DNA of 64,000 nt from positions 86,738,001-86,802,000 of the forward strand of contig OZ024741.1 of assembly GCA_964016885.1 (NCBI GenBank). The letters run 5' to 3'. This DNA comes from Eledone cirrhosa. Its lineage: Eukaryota. Below the pieces are notes generated by a model. It was not told the DNA's origin. It saw only the letters and a list, made by a program, of their open reading frames with translations, and ran no database searches. Both the position numbers and the translations under genes were made by a program. This document shows, one piece after another, positions 1 to 13,125 of this stretch (the first letter of the stretch is position 1; every line of letters starts with the position of its first letter).

Positions 1-2
1 AA

Positions 3-350
3 CCATATCACTGTGATATCTGTGGTAAATCATTTTCTCTATCTTGTAACTTAACTAATCACAAACGGACTCATACAGGAGAAAAACCATATCACTGTGA
101 TATCTGTGGTAAATCATTCTCTCTTTCTAGTCACTTAGTAAGTCACAAACGAACTCATACAGGAGAGAAACCATATCACTGTGTTATCTGTGGTAAATCA
201 TTTTCTGTATCTTGTGACTTAACTAAACACAAACGAACTCATACAGGAGAGAAACCATATCACTGTGTTATCTGTGATAAATTCTTCTCCAGTCGTGATT
301 ATTTATCTAAACACAAATATATTCATATTGGAAAAAAACAATTTCACTGA
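3..350 (+). CDS. 3' end of a tandem C2H2 zinc-finger gene (paralog of 39923-41467), truncated by the window edge
   Basis: Frame from nt 3 reads [12 protein letters not shown]...HTGEKPYHC repeats to TGA at 348-350; the last finger ([10 protein letters not shown]) and the 3' flank match the end of the gene at 41467. Confidence 0.9.
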   Translation, partial: PYHCDICGKSFSLSCNLTNHKRTHTGEKPYHCDICGKSFSLSSHLVSHKRTHTGEKPYHCVICGKSFSVSCDLTKHKRTHTGEKPYHCVICDKFFSSRDYLSKHKYIHIGKKQFH

Positions 351-959
351 TATCTGTGGTCAATCACTTTCTTATACAAGTAACTTAACTAAACACCAGT
401 ACAATGATACAGATTAAAGTCATATAACTGATATATGTGGTAAATCATTTTCTCAAAACCTTTTCTTTACCTATACAGGAGAGTAATTCTGTAGTGAAAT
501 TGTACACTAGGTAGTTTGTTATTGCATGATCTATGGCTATTTTCATATTGTTTGCATTGCCATATTAATAGTCATTAATTTTGGACCAACTGACCAGGAA
601 CAGTAGATCTTTGGTTGGTGCTGCCAGCTTGTGTACTCTCAGTTGATCACAGACTTTGAAATGTAATGTACCTTGATTACATAGGAAATGAAATATATAA
701 ACCACAATAACACAAAGCTGCTATGCTACTAATTTATTAAATATAACTATTGCCAAAGTTATATGACAATACATGAAGAACAAATAACCACAGATGAAAT
801 GTGTGATGTTATGTATCAGGATGATGTGTATGCGTGTTTGCTTGCAAAATTATTATTAAAAATGTATTTACCAAACTTCTGTTGATGGGATGAATTTCGC
901 TGGCTTGGCTGAGAGAGAAAGAGCAGATAAGACGCACAGTGTCTGTGTAAAGCAGTGGA

Positions 960-1916
960 GATGGTGCTTCAGCTTTACCAACAGTACAAAGGTGGGCAGC
1001 TGGATTTAAGAGGGGAAGGAAGAGCCTTGAAGATAATCCAATATCTGGACGCCTTGCAACTGTCACTACAGAGGAAAACATTGATTGTGTTCATCACATG
1101 AAGAAGGATGACAAATGATTGACTATAAATCAAATAGCCAATGGTATATCACATGGGAGAGTTGAGAATATTCTGCACAATAAACTTGGCATGACGAAGG
1201 TTTCTGCTCAGTAGGGGCCACGTCTTCTGATACCTGATCAAAAGTTCACCAGGCTGGTGAACAGGAAAATCTGACATTGTTTGAGGCAGATCCAGATGGT
1301 TTCTTTAAATGTTTCCTAATCCGGAAGGAGTGTTGGGTTCATCACTTTGAGCCAGAAAGAAAGAGACAATCTATGCAGTGGTAACACCCCTCCTCGCCTG
1401 CTCCAAAGAAGGCCAGGGTCATTTCATTTGCAGGGAAGGTGGTGGTTTCAGTTTTGGAGGATGCAAAAAGCATTGTGTTTTTTGACTATCTTCAAAAGGG
1501 CCTTGCTGAGGCAGTTATGAAAGGCTATCAAGACCAAACACCCAGGAAAACTAATGAAAGGGGGTCTTGTTTCCTCAGGACAATGCTCCAGCACACAAGT
1601 CCTCGATTTCAAAGACTAGTGTACATGACTGGTTGATTACCCTCCCTATTCTCTTGATTTGGCTCCATTTAACTATCATTATTCCCCAACATGAAAAAAC
1701 ACTTGGCTGGTAACCAGTATCACAATGATGATGATATCATATCTGTTGTTGACTAATTTTTTCACCAACAGGATGAAAGTTTTTTCACCAATGGTATCCA
1801 TGCACTGCAAAATCCATGGAAGAAGTTTGTGGACTATGTTGAAAAATAAGCCTTATTTGGTTACATTTCGCAAGAGTATCTTGGTCAGCCTATGAACTTT
1901 TAAACCAATCCTCATA
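960..1916 (+). mobile_element. Decayed Tc1/mariner (mariner-type) transposon
   Basis: Broken translation includes WAAGFKRGRKSLED.P.SGR, KVSAQ*GPRLL (WVPRLL-like), WVHHFEPE, QDNAPAH and YSLDLAP; it ends in the TIR-like CCTATGAACTTTTAAACCAATCCTCATA. Confidence 0.85.
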
Positions 1917-2620
1917 TTCTAGATCAAAATCTAGATGTGATGGAGCAAAACTGATTCCTTATTCAGAAAGAGCACCCTAAAATTAGCTTAAATCACCTGA
2001 ATCCTGAATTATCTGTTGCTAAAGAAACTTTTTTTCATTTAGTCATGCAGTGTAAGTAGTAAATAATATTAAAAACAATTTTGGAGGTATGGGAAACAAC
2101 TCTAGACATTTTTTGATCTTATGATTTCATTATCAAAATTAGGTAAGTCTAAATGCTTCCATACGAAACAACCGAGGAAAAAAATACTTCCCCAATGAAA
2201 TCTGTGGGGGTGTTTTTCTATAACAATACCTATATATTATATGAAACAAGTAGCATCTAGCATATCTCTTTCTAGGCAAGAGGAGGTTTTTGAAGCCAGT
2301 TGATGTTATTATTACTTTGTTCCTCAACCAAAATGAAATGTGTATTACCAGCGGTGATAACACCAGTGAAGTCCCTCTTGAAAAACTATCCTCTTTGGAA
2401 ACGTAATATATATATATATATATATATATACATACACATGCTCTTTCTCTCACACACATCACATGCATATCCACTGTAAATGCAAAAGGATTTTATCCCG
2501 TTTAGCACGATATAAACTCCGTTGATCACAACCTTTCAAAGGACAGCCAACAGATCTACCTACACTATAAACGCCATTTTCCTACAAATGGCGCTATAAA
2601 CAGACCTGTTTTTATCTTTC

Positions 2621-2660
2621 TATTTTCTGATGAAGGACTGGTGCCCGAAACGTTAAGACC
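2621..2660 (+). ncRNA. Degenerate minimal type I hammerhead motif of a Penelope-like pseudo-LTR remnant
   Basis: CTGATGA-AGGACTGGTGCCC-GAAACGTTA with palindromic stem III (AACGTT); stems I and II are decayed. The paralog at ~42961-43000 has lost part of the core. Confidence 0.5.
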
Positions 2661-2799
2661 CTTTTCCTACTATGTCACGCATAACATTAATAATCGATAA
2701 TGATCATGCGGCTCTATGGTCGCTCAATAAGAGAATTGAAGCTAAAAATATAAAACTTCAGAGCGTCAATATTTAATATATAATCAGGCTAAAAAACAG

Positions 2800-3430
2800 A
2801 GACAGAATACGTATTATACTTACATAGCCACTAAATTTTTATTAGGCCTATATGTCACCATTTCACTCCCTCTTACTATTGCTTAGGTGCCTTTCCAGAG
2901 ACCTAGGTTATCCGGTACACACGGGTCAGCCAGAGAATACCTTCTCTATTTAAGGCTTTTAACATCTCGGGCCGGATTTCATCATTCCCAGTAGCCTTGC
3001 CTCATTTGAACTCTTTGACTGCTCTTGTGACCTCAGCCCCTGAGAGATTAGTCATCACTTCCAGATGTACCTCTTGTACATCAGAAGATGCTGTTGTGAT
3101 TAAGTTCAGGAGATCAACAAAATATTCTCTCCACCTTGCAGGTGTGGAGGAGGACTTCTTATTACGATGACAGTGGCTGGTCGGATTCCAGCTTAACACC
3201 AAAGTCCTCCTGTCTTAACTTTGGACGCCTTTACTGTCCCTGTTGCGATTCTTTGTGCCTGCTTGTACCACAAATGCAAGAAGGAGGACTTATTTCCAAG
3301 CCAAGCTTTGTAGATCTTCTTTGCTCGGATAGATCTTTAACACCTTGATTGAACCAAGGAGTCCTCCTGCCATCCGGCGCCTCAACAAGCTTCTTTCCTC
3401 TCAAGAAAGTCTGCGCAGTGCACTCTACAT
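2800..3430 (-). mobile_element. RTE-type LINE fragment (region upstream of the RT core), inverted relative to the adjacent 3' part
   Basis: Minus-strand peptides RTPWFNQGVK, RWREYFVDLLN and EVTRAVKEFK, followed by a decayed DEIRPEMLKAL-like segment. Confidence 0.75.
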
Positions 3431-3439
3431 GTGAAACGT

Positions 3440-3900
3440 GTTCCACTGAAGCAGGTGGATAACTTCAAGTATCTTAGGGCTGTGTTCATGTGTGATGGAA
3501 GGCAGGAGGCTGAATTAAGTGTAAGAATTGCAGAAGCTGGTGCAGTAATACGCCAGCTTCAGCATTCGGTCATCAGAAGAAGGGAGGTAGGTGTAAAAGC
3601 CAAACTCCCTGTCTTCAATTCGGTATTCGTGCCAACCCTTACCTATGGTCATGAATCTTGGGTAATGACCGAAAGAATACGATTGTGAATACAAGCGACC
3701 GAAATGGAATTCCCCCGAAGAGTCTTTGGAGTAACATTACTCGATACAGGTCATAGCTCGGAGATTAAAAAGTCACTCCAGGTAGAGCCGTTACTTCTCC
3801 GAATTGAGAGATCACAGCTCCGATACTATGGGCAAGTGGTTTAAATGTGTTAGGAAAGAATCGTTAGACAGATTTTACGGGGAAAACCAACCGACAGGAG
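3440..3900 (+). mobile_element. RTE-type LINE, C-terminal RT/thumb fragment
   Basis: LKQVDNFKYL, PTLTYGHESW and IERSQLRYYG motifs, interrupted by stops. Confidence 0.85.
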
Positions 3901-3904
3901 ACTC

Positions 3905-4510
3905 CGGGGTATTGCGTGCTTATACCGACCTGCAAAAATGGAGTGAAAACCTACCGATTGTTCTTCTAGGCTGTCGCTCGGCAGTGAGGGAGGATCTCGG
4001 GTATTCCCCAGCGGAATTGCTGTACGGACCACCTTTATCCTTGCCGGGACAGATGTTAGTCTCAATCGACGCATCGCTGGAGGATCTGACGTTATATATC
4101 AATCGTCTACGATCATATTTCAATGATCTTCCGCCTATGGGAACACGACAACAGAAGATTAAATCTTCGGTTCCCAAAGACACTGCTTCTTGGACTCACG
4201 TTTTTCTACGTAAATCTCAGTGAAAGGCCCACTTGTGCCACCGTATACAGGACCCTACTGTGTCCTGGCAAAAACGGACAAACTTTTTACCATAGACGTT
4301 TGTGGTAGGAAACACACAGTGTCAGTAGATAGGGTTAAACAGGCCTTTACAGACGCTCCACCAGTTGAACCCCGTACAACCCCCACATACAATACATTGT
4401 ATGTTGAACCTTCACAAGCACACCCACAACACACACACCTTCCTTACCGTCACCAACATATGTTACGACGACTCGTAGTAGTCGTAGAGTGCATTGGCCT
4501 CAGAGATTGA
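3905..4510 (+). mobile_element. Gypsy LTR retrotransposon integrase C-terminal remnant
   Basis: LPIVLLGCRSAVREDLGYSPAELLYG and the GPY/F module PPYTGPY...VSVDRVK, with a frameshift at ~4220. Confidence 0.85.
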
Positions 4511-4794
4511 GTAAAACAATCTATATATGAACTCTGTTTTTGATCAAACTTTTGACTCTCTTATAAAAAAAAAATAATGACTTTTGCTTGTTCAATAATG
4601 TTATGTTTCATTTTCCTTGGTTGTATTCATGCATGTATCTTTTCTTGGTGTACCGGATGATTTTTTATTGTTTGATGTCATGTAGACATATTGCATATTT
4701 AACACTACTCATGTAATATGGGAAGAGTTGCAGCCACCATAGTTTTGCCTTGGCTTATATATTGATATTGATCTTCGATCTAAACGGAGGGTAA

Positions 4795-5245
4795 TGTAGT
4801 GAACAGATAAATCGGTCAATTTACACGTGTTGATCCCTGTTGCACTAACTCACTTCACCTGAATATTAGCCAATCAACGATCCGATACAGCTATCTATCG
4901 GATGAGTAATGTATTGTGCCAAAACCGAAAGCAATGAGTTCAGCAGATAATTTCAGACCATAAACACGTAATAATTTGCTGTCCTCAACATGCGACACGT
5001 GGCGCGAAATATGACTAACCCGAGAGTGCTATGTTGAATCTACCAACTGGATATTAGACATTAATAATGTCTTTACAACCAGTAGAGGTAACATTGTATT
5101 ATCTTCAAACACCCTTGTACTCTTTTCAAGTTCAAATGTATTCTGCTTGTTCACATTCACAAACACGATTAAAAGATATGTTCTTCGATAAATAAATGTT
5201 CTGCGTTCATACTATTGCGACTAGCGGTGTTCCACGAACACCACA
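4795..5245 (+). mobile_element. 3' LTR of the Gypsy remnant
   Basis: Purine tract AAACGGAGGGTAA, then TGTAGTG...CACCACA inverted termini and an internal AATAAA; duplicated at 45208-45658. Confidence 0.7.
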
Positions 5246-5954
5246 AATTGCTGAACAGTTAACCGCAAGTACACCACTAAAACCCATGCCAATGCTGCAA
5301 GTGTGTTGGCTTGCCTCAAAAAAGTATTAGAGGGAGGGTCCAGCACCCTTGTAGTGTGTGATTGAGTGTGCCGGTCTGCTATATCACCTTTCTTCCTTGT
5401 TATTTCCTTCCTTTCCTTTTCTTTCTTTTTTTTTTGTACTGTATATCTACATAGTCTTATGGTTATTAAATAAGCCGAATACTCTGTTTAAAACCTATAT
5501 AGTCTTGTTGCAAAATGAAATGAGGTTGGATATTCTCATTTTTTTTTTTTGTCCTATTTCTCATCTTGCTGATACTTGTGGAAAAAGGATGCAGGCATGG
5601 CCAAATGGTTAAGAAATTCATTTTGCAATCCAGAGGTCCAGGGTTAGGTCTTAACATATAACATATATTAGACAAGTGTCTTTTTCTGTAGTTTTTGATT
5701 CACCCAAGCCTGTGAATGTGTTTTGGTAGAAGGATTTGTTGGTGCCACTCTAAAACACATGGAGTGCATTTTATTGTAGCCTCATCCCTTACATATAGGG
5801 TGGGGGTGATGACTTGGCCTAAGTGAAGCATATTTAGGGGAGGGAGGGTAAGTAAGACGGATGATAGTTATGATGTCAAGGGTGAGTGATACCAAGTGTG
5901 GTGGGATTTAAGGGGTGATAGGGAGAAAAAGGGTGAGGAATTATTTCATGGGTA

Positions 5955-8765
5955 TGTAGTGACCTACATTCCGCGGGCTCACATACATTCTCTGTGCGTG
6001 ATTTGGCTCAGTTCAGCCAATCAGCGCCAGTAGAAGAGGATGTATCCCTACGCGCCCTGAGGAAGAAATTCCCCGCGAAGATTTGAAGAATCTCTCTCTT
6101 GTACCGTACACTTCAAGCCAGCAACACGCATAATGTAACAGTGAGATATTGCACCCTAGCCTCGCCGGCTTAACGGCGCAATGGCACATTCCCTTTTGTA
6201 ACCTCTTTTTATCTGTAACTTCAACCATATAAGTTAACAAACATTGTTTGTACTACATCAAAGATAAACATACATTTCATCTCTAATTACTGCTGTTGAA
6301 ATCATTATTATGTTACTCGTGTCTCAATAACATATATAACCCATGCTGCTGGAATTGGCGACCTGACGAAAGGAATATTGTAAATAGATGGTAAATAGAT
6401 CGAGGGACCTTCCCTCACGTCTATGTCAACAAGATAATCCAACGAGGATACTATCACTTACCACACTGGCAACTAACGACCATCAATCAATCATCTACCC
6501 TGTTAAAGTAACGACAACATCTATAATTAACCCTGCTAAAGTGGTGCCCGACGTAAGAATTTAACGCAGCCCTTCTTTTTCATTCAGTTGAACTTTTATT
6601 GCCACGTTGCCAACCTTTTTCGCAACTTGCGAAAATTCAATATATTCCTTTCAAAATTTTTTTTGAAAAATTGGCAGTGTTTCAAGAGAATTTTCGCCAC
6701 GAAAAAATTTCAAGATGGCTACCGACATGTCATGGCTACACTTGACAACAACAACGACAGCAGCAGCGACAGCGTTGTTTAACCACTGACCAATACAGGG
6801 AATAGTGAGTGGCAGCTTCATAGCCTTACCGACGCAAACCACCACACATCGGAAATTTCAAAACGGCTTGTAACTTTGCCGACGCAACCACCATACCTTC
6901 TGTCTCGTTGCCACAGGGACTCGAGAAATTGAGACAGTAATTTTCTCACCATTGTGGCGTCAGACGTGACTGCCATGTCTGGTGACTGCTACTCTACAGA
7001 AGATTCTTTGACTTTGCTTTAACAATAAGCAACACAACCTTATGCCACACAAGATGGCCACAAAAACTCACAAAAACACCATACATCTAACCCCTAACGG
7101 CATTAACAAACTTCTTTTTCAGTTTTCAGATAGAACTAGTGTCTGTACACTGGTGATGTGTGAACTATTTGACTTTGAAAAACTTTGAACTTATTGAGCA
7201 ATTTCTCTGCTCCCTTAGATTGACTTTGAATTATCAGTTTGTTACATTCACATATTTCTTTGTGGAATGCATTTACTTGTTTTGTGCTCTTTTGCTATTT
7301 GCTTGCTCATGGTTTTTGTTCATTCACATTCTTTGCTGTTTTACATGCCTGCATATGCACACATTTTTTTTATCACACACCAACATGTTGTTCTTGGTAT
7401 ATGTTCTTCAAACGTAATATTCTGCGAGTCCCTTTTCACCTGGTCGAGGTGCTGTCACGTGCTAGCAGCTCACAGAGCTTAATCCACTGGATTCAAACAG
7501 GCACCGCAACACGAGAATACTAATTGCAGCTGAACTCAAACAGCTTCGCATCTCGTTGCACACTGATCGTCCATGACGGCCATCCGTCTTGTTGTTTTTG
7601 CCCGACTCGCTGGGAAAGCAACAAATTGAACTGGACTTGTCAACATTTCGGCCACTTCTGTAGATTTGCCCGAATTATGGAATTTACACTGCAACCCACC
7701 TACAGATTAAACTTGCCTTTTTTTCTTTACAAAGCAACCAGCCATTTTTTCCTGGCTCCCTAGCACATTCGACAATACATCTCGGGGCCATCATTTTCTC
7801 GCCAGCACTGGTAAACTACCATAATAGCTTCGTTCACAGCTACTGGTACAACGCTTACCATTGACATTTAATGCAAGAACAGCAACTTCGCCCATGTCAG
7901 ACTTTATCTGTTTTCTGGTAGGCCCTTGAGGGTCTCGTTTAAACTACAAAACAGCTAGTCATTTGACAGCGGCTCAACACGGCCCGTCGCGCCTAATTTT
8001 TTTTGTTCTTGCATGAATCTTTCTGCTCAATTATTTTTTCACTGATGTGCTGTTTCAGCATTTGTTCTTGCTGATTCAATAATATGTGGGTCCTTGGTTT
8101 CTTCGTTATGGATTTTCGGCTGAAAATCTGGTCGGAGGTGATGTAGTGACCTACATTCCGCGGACTCACATACATTCTCTGTGTGTGATTTGGCTCAGTT
8201 CAGCCAATCAGCGCCAGTAGAAGAGGATGTATCCCTACGCGCCCTGAGGAAGAAATTCCCCGCGAAGATTTGAAGAATCTCTCTCTTGTACCGTACACTT
8301 CAAGCCAGCAACACGCATAATGTAACAGTGAAGTATTGCACCCTAGCCTCGCCGGCTTAACGGCGCAATGGCACATTCCCTTTTGTAACCTCTTTTTATC
8401 TGTAACTTCAACCATACAAGTTAACAAACATTGTTTGTACTACATCAAAGATAAACATACATTTCATCTCTAATTACTGCTGTTGAAATCATTATTATGT
8501 TACTCGTGTCTCAATAACATATATAACCCATGCTGCTGGAATTGGCGACCTGACGAAAGGAATATTGTAAATAGATGGTAAATAGATCGAGGGACCTTCC
8601 CTCACGTCTATGTCAACAAGATAATCCAACGAGGATACTATCACTTACCACACTGGCAACTAACGACCATCAATCAATCATCTACACTGTTAAAGTAACG
8701 ACAACATCTATAATTAACCCTGCTAAAGTGGCGACCACGACTACTTAATAACGAATACTGCTAAA
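5955..8765 (+). mobile_element. Young non-autonomous LTR retroelement (586-bp LTRs at 5955-6540 and 8142-8727, non-coding interior)
   Basis: LTRs differ at only about 6 positions; PBS-like TGGTGCCCGACGT at 6542; purine tract GGTCGGAGGTGA before the 3' LTR; GGTA target duplication at 5951-5954 and 8766-8769; empty site (GGTATATGACAAC) in the duplicate at ~46366. Confidence 0.9.
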
Positions 8766-9049
8766 GGTATATGACAACTGTAGTAGATTTAGAGAGGAAA
8801 AGTATGGGGGGATAACCTCTGAATAGGACAGACACAAAGCTATGAGTAGTGTCATGGGATTTAGCAAGGTGATGAGAAGGAGGAGGGTTGAAGGTGATCA
8901 TGGATAGAATGGTTGGGGTACAGTGATGGCGAGAATAATTACTAAGGAGTAATGGTGCTGGGGGTATGAATGGGTCAGGTCACATTTACATTCTATACTG
9001 TTAGGTGAGTTTTCTCCAGTACAACATGTTGCCAATCCTCGCAGTCCTT

Positions 9050-10150
9050 TATTGAGAGATTCAGTTTCCTAAGGTTGGGCTTCTCTACTTTATTCCATGT
9101 CTTTTCTATGTCTCGTACACAAGTCCTATTGACTAAGATTTCTTTGCCTTTCTTTATACATACATCTGTCATCTTCCATATGCATCAAATGTTCATACTA
9201 CACTACATTCAATTCCTCTTATACCCAGTTTACTTTTCAGCTCACTTATGCTACTTTGTTTATGTACAATGATGTTCCAATTAGATTGTTGCAAGTCAGA
9301 CATGTAGAAAAAACATGAAAAGTGTGGGAATTCCAAAGGGGCAGTATTTTGGGCAGGAATGACCTGGCACAATGGTTAGTGCCAAGTCATTCTTGGGGGA
9401 GAAGGCACAATATAACAAGAAGAGGAGGGATGAGTAAATCAGGACTGCCTAAGTTGAGGTGGCACAAGACAAGTTAACCTTGAGAAACAGAGACCATTGT
9501 AGTGGTAGTAAAGAAGCAGGGAAAGAAGGCAGCATATCTGCACACCAAAGACTGGAGTATGTCTGAGTGACTTTATGCTAGTTAGTTGAGTGGCTTATCT
9601 CTAGATGCAATTCAGGATGTCTGTGTGTGTGCAGCACCACCACCCTAGACACAAGAGCAGCACCACGTCATGGGTTGCATCTGAGTACTGCCGAGGATCA
9701 GCAATTGCTGAGGACAAGAATTTTAAATGTACTTAAAAAGAAAGACAAACCCCCAAGATGCAGTCCTAGCTATGCTAAATGACACATGCTCTTATAGGTC
9801 AAGAGAGGTCATGGGGATCAAAATTGTTGCAGGATCTAAATCAAACTACTAAATTGTAAAGAAAACAACCAGGCCAAAGTGTATATTAAAAAAAACAAAG
9901 TATGTTACTTCAATATGGAGTGAAGGTGTGTGAAGTAAACTTTAAAACAGAAGGACGTGTGTAGTTATGAGTCACATACTGGAAGTAACAGTGATCCTAT
10001 GGGTGGAAGGGGAAAGGAGAGGACCCCTGTCCTTGTTCAGATTTAACATGAGAAGTGTCTTGGATCTCAGGTGAAACCCTAATTTCTGGTCAGAGTTATG
10101 GTGTGAGTATGAGTCTTGGATTATGCAGCTAAACAAGAATGACAATCAGA
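9050..10150 (-). mobile_element. Heavily decayed non-LTR retrotransposon fragments (RTE 3' piece plus CRE-like RT)
   Basis: Minus-strand remnants such as SISEL..KLGIRGI and a decayed GVQQGDPL-like motif; boundaries are approximate. Confidence 0.45.
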
Positions 10151-11299
10151 GAGGACTGGCAATGTAAACAATTTTGCGTTTTTCCATCACACACATAATT
10201 ACCTATCTAGCAGTGGTACACAGGTGCTGAATATATATACATATATTTGTTTTGCAAGGTTTTTGATATGAAACTGTGTCGAAACCAATATTGTTATACT
10301 TGGGGAGGGTCATATTGTTATAATATTGCCAGAAATAATAACAGAACACACTCACTGTTTGGTTTGGATTGGTTTTCGCTTCTGTATCTTTTATATCTCC
10401 ATAGTTAATTTGTTTGGCAATCAATGTTTATCATTGATTGACCAACGGTTAAAAATATAGATATAAATATATATATGGTCTATCAAAGTTCTTTCGTCAC
10501 ACATCTGCGACAACATCACTGGTACTATCATGTTTTCTCCCATTGTATTGTAATGTCTACGTCTTTTTTATTATATTTATTTATTCTTGTCTCTGTCTCT
10601 GCGCATGCGTTTGCGTGTGTGTTTAATGTTTGGTGTGTTTTTGTATTCTATCTTTGTTCACTAGTGTGTGTTTGTATGTGTTTGTTGTACTTGTGTATAT
10701 ATTTATTTATTTATTTATATTTCCCTTAAGTCATAATTGTTTGTTTGGGTATGGTTGTTGTTGGTATTTAGGGTAGTTTTAATACTAGCCCTATATTGCA
10801 TGTGCGACCATTTTTCTCACCTGATCATTGTTTTGGGGTTCCTATATGGCTTTGGTCCATCCATTCCATCTTCCTATGGGAGTCTTTTTAGCCATTGAGG
10901 TTATGGTTGTGGTGGTGGGGGGAGTCTACCTTTTATAGGTCTTCTGGGGCAGAAACAGCTAAGGTCATGATTATCTAGGTATTCGGTGTCATAAGTAAGT
11001 CTAAGTAGGAGGCCCAGTTCATCTGTGCCGACGTCGCAGAACTCCACTTTGCTCTCACTGATTATTTCCACACACACACAAACACATATATATATATATG
11101 TATTCGCGAGTTTTATATCCTTTTGTTCTAGCGGTGGCACAGAGAAACAATCGACAACGTTGTTTCTAGATTATTGTACTTTGTCAAGATTGTCTCTTTC
11201 TGTCACTCACTAGAACTCTCAGGAATATATAGTATTCTCTAAAGTATACATCAGCTGATTAGCCTCATTTGCAAATAAGGTTAATCAGCGATGGTAGAC

Positions 11300-11625
11300 T
11301 CCTTATCTGGGATGCCACACACGTTCTCTGACAGCAACTTGGTGCATTTAACGACTAGTCCAGGCTTCGATGCTCGTCGGGCTGAAGAGGGAAAACTGTT
11401 GAAGTAACGGTCGCTCTCCGATAGTTTTGTGGTCAAGCCTGTGACAGTGGAGATTTTCGGTATTCGTGGCCCTCGGACCACAGCCTTACTGTTATTGGAG
11501 TGGAGTTGGCTACTCGCACTAGTTAGCCCCGCGAGTTGGAGTGACTGTTCCAGTGCATCCCCTTGCCTTCCTCTTGGGTAACCTTTTCCTCAGTCTCTCT
11601 ACTGGGACTACGAGATTGTCTAACC
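11300..11625 (+). mobile_element. CRE-like non-LTR retrotransposon 3' fragment
   Basis: ARRAEEGKLLKYRSLSDSFVVKPVTVEIFG (open in the paralog 48894-49166) resembles the AE..K..KY...P.A.E..G tail of restriction-like-endonuclease LINEs. Confidence 0.6.
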
Positions 11626-11693
11626 CTTAAACATATTTCTTTTTTGTTCTCTCAAGGTTACAGGACAACTAGCTTTGACTTCTTTAGTGTAAA

Positions 11694-13125
11694 CTAGCAG
11701 AATGGCCTGGCGTTGCTCGAGATTTGCTCTAGGGTTCTTATATATTTGATATATATTTATCCTTATCGAGCCTCGTGAAATAAATACGTTTGTTTATATT
11801 TTGTTATTGTGTATGCAAAAATATCTGTACACGAATATATAATTATATATATATATATATTTAGCAACGGAGGTGGGTGTTCGGAAAGTAAAATAACTAG
11901 GGTAAGAACGGTATGGAAGAAGTTCAGAGAACTACTGCCACTGCTAGCTGCAAAAGGCTTTTCCCTCAACATAAAAGAGAGACTGTATGATGCGTGTATA
12001 CGAACAGCATGTATACGATGCGTGTATACGAACAGCAATGTTACATGGTAGTGAGACCTGGGCGCTGTCTGTGGAAGACTTGTGTAGGTTAGAAAGAAAC
12101 GAAGCCTGCATGCTCCGATGGATGTGTAATAGTAATATACGCGAACGGCAAAGCATAAATGAATTGAGAGAGAGACTGGGCATAAGAGGAATCAAATGCT
12201 GTGTGCAAGAGAGGCGGTTGCGTTGGTACGGACATGTGATGTGTATGAAGGATGACAGCTGCATAAAAAGGTGCAGAGCACTAGAAGTCGATGGATACCG
12301 CGGAGTGGGGAGACCCAAGAAGACCTGGGATGAGGTGATAAAAGCCGACCTTACCCAATTACACCTCTCAAAGGTGATGACACGACCGTGACCTCTGGCG
12401 TCCCGCAGTAATACAGAAGACCCAACCCCCCACCGGTACAAGCTGAAGCTGAAGCATATAGACAATATGTCCGCACACCCACTGCAAAGCGGTCGTTGAG
12501 GTGCCATGGCAAAAAAGCACCCAGCCCACACTGTAAAGTGGAAGTGTAGGCGCCACAGAAAAAAGCACCCAGCACTCACTGTAAATGAGGTTGGTGTTAG
12601 GAAGGGCATCCAGCTGTAGAAATCAAGCCAACATCAGTTCCCGTATGAGCAAGACAAGGTCAGCCGACCGGACACTTACCACAACAGGACAACCCGTCTA
12701 ACCCATGCTAGCGTGGAAGAACGGACGTAAAACGGTGATGATGATAATGATATATATTAAAATAACAGATTAAAGTTTAAGCAAAGAATCGCTGCTTTCA
12801 CCCTTAACGGGATCTTCTGAAACTAAAAAAAATCAATCTGTGAACGTAGAAGTAAATATTTCGAAAAACGTTACACACTATATATACAGACAGATATTAT
12901 ATGGGCGAGACTTTATAGCTATGTATCTATCTAAAAAGAAAGACTAAGAATTATAGAGAGATCGCCTAATGCGGTCCCTAGGGCATTGAAAATTTGAAAT
13001 TTTCTTTGTTCAAAACACTCACACGACCATAAGTATTACATGTGTAAAGTTTGAAAACAATCAGTTGGGTGGTTCTCGAGATTTAGGGAGTCAGACAGAC
13101 ACATTCTCTGTTTTAGAAATATAGA
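11694..13125 (-). mobile_element. Non-autonomous Helitron interrupted by an RTE LINE
   Basis: Minus strand starts TCTATATTTCT..(TGTC)n at 13125 and ends with a subterminal hairpin remnant plus CTAG|T at 11694; paralog at 49279-50659. Confidence 0.7.
11861..12750 (+). mobile_element. 5'-truncated RTE LINE with (GAT)n tail, inserted in a (TA)n tract
   Basis: WKKFRELLPLL, AMLHGSETW, RLRWYGHV and GRPKKTW motifs; ends GATGATGATAATGA; paralog at 49446-50300. Confidence 0.9.

Noticed and set aside
6588-8175. Short ORFs inside the LTR element as gag/pol
   Set aside because: All are under 100 aa with no gag, protease, RT or integrase motif.
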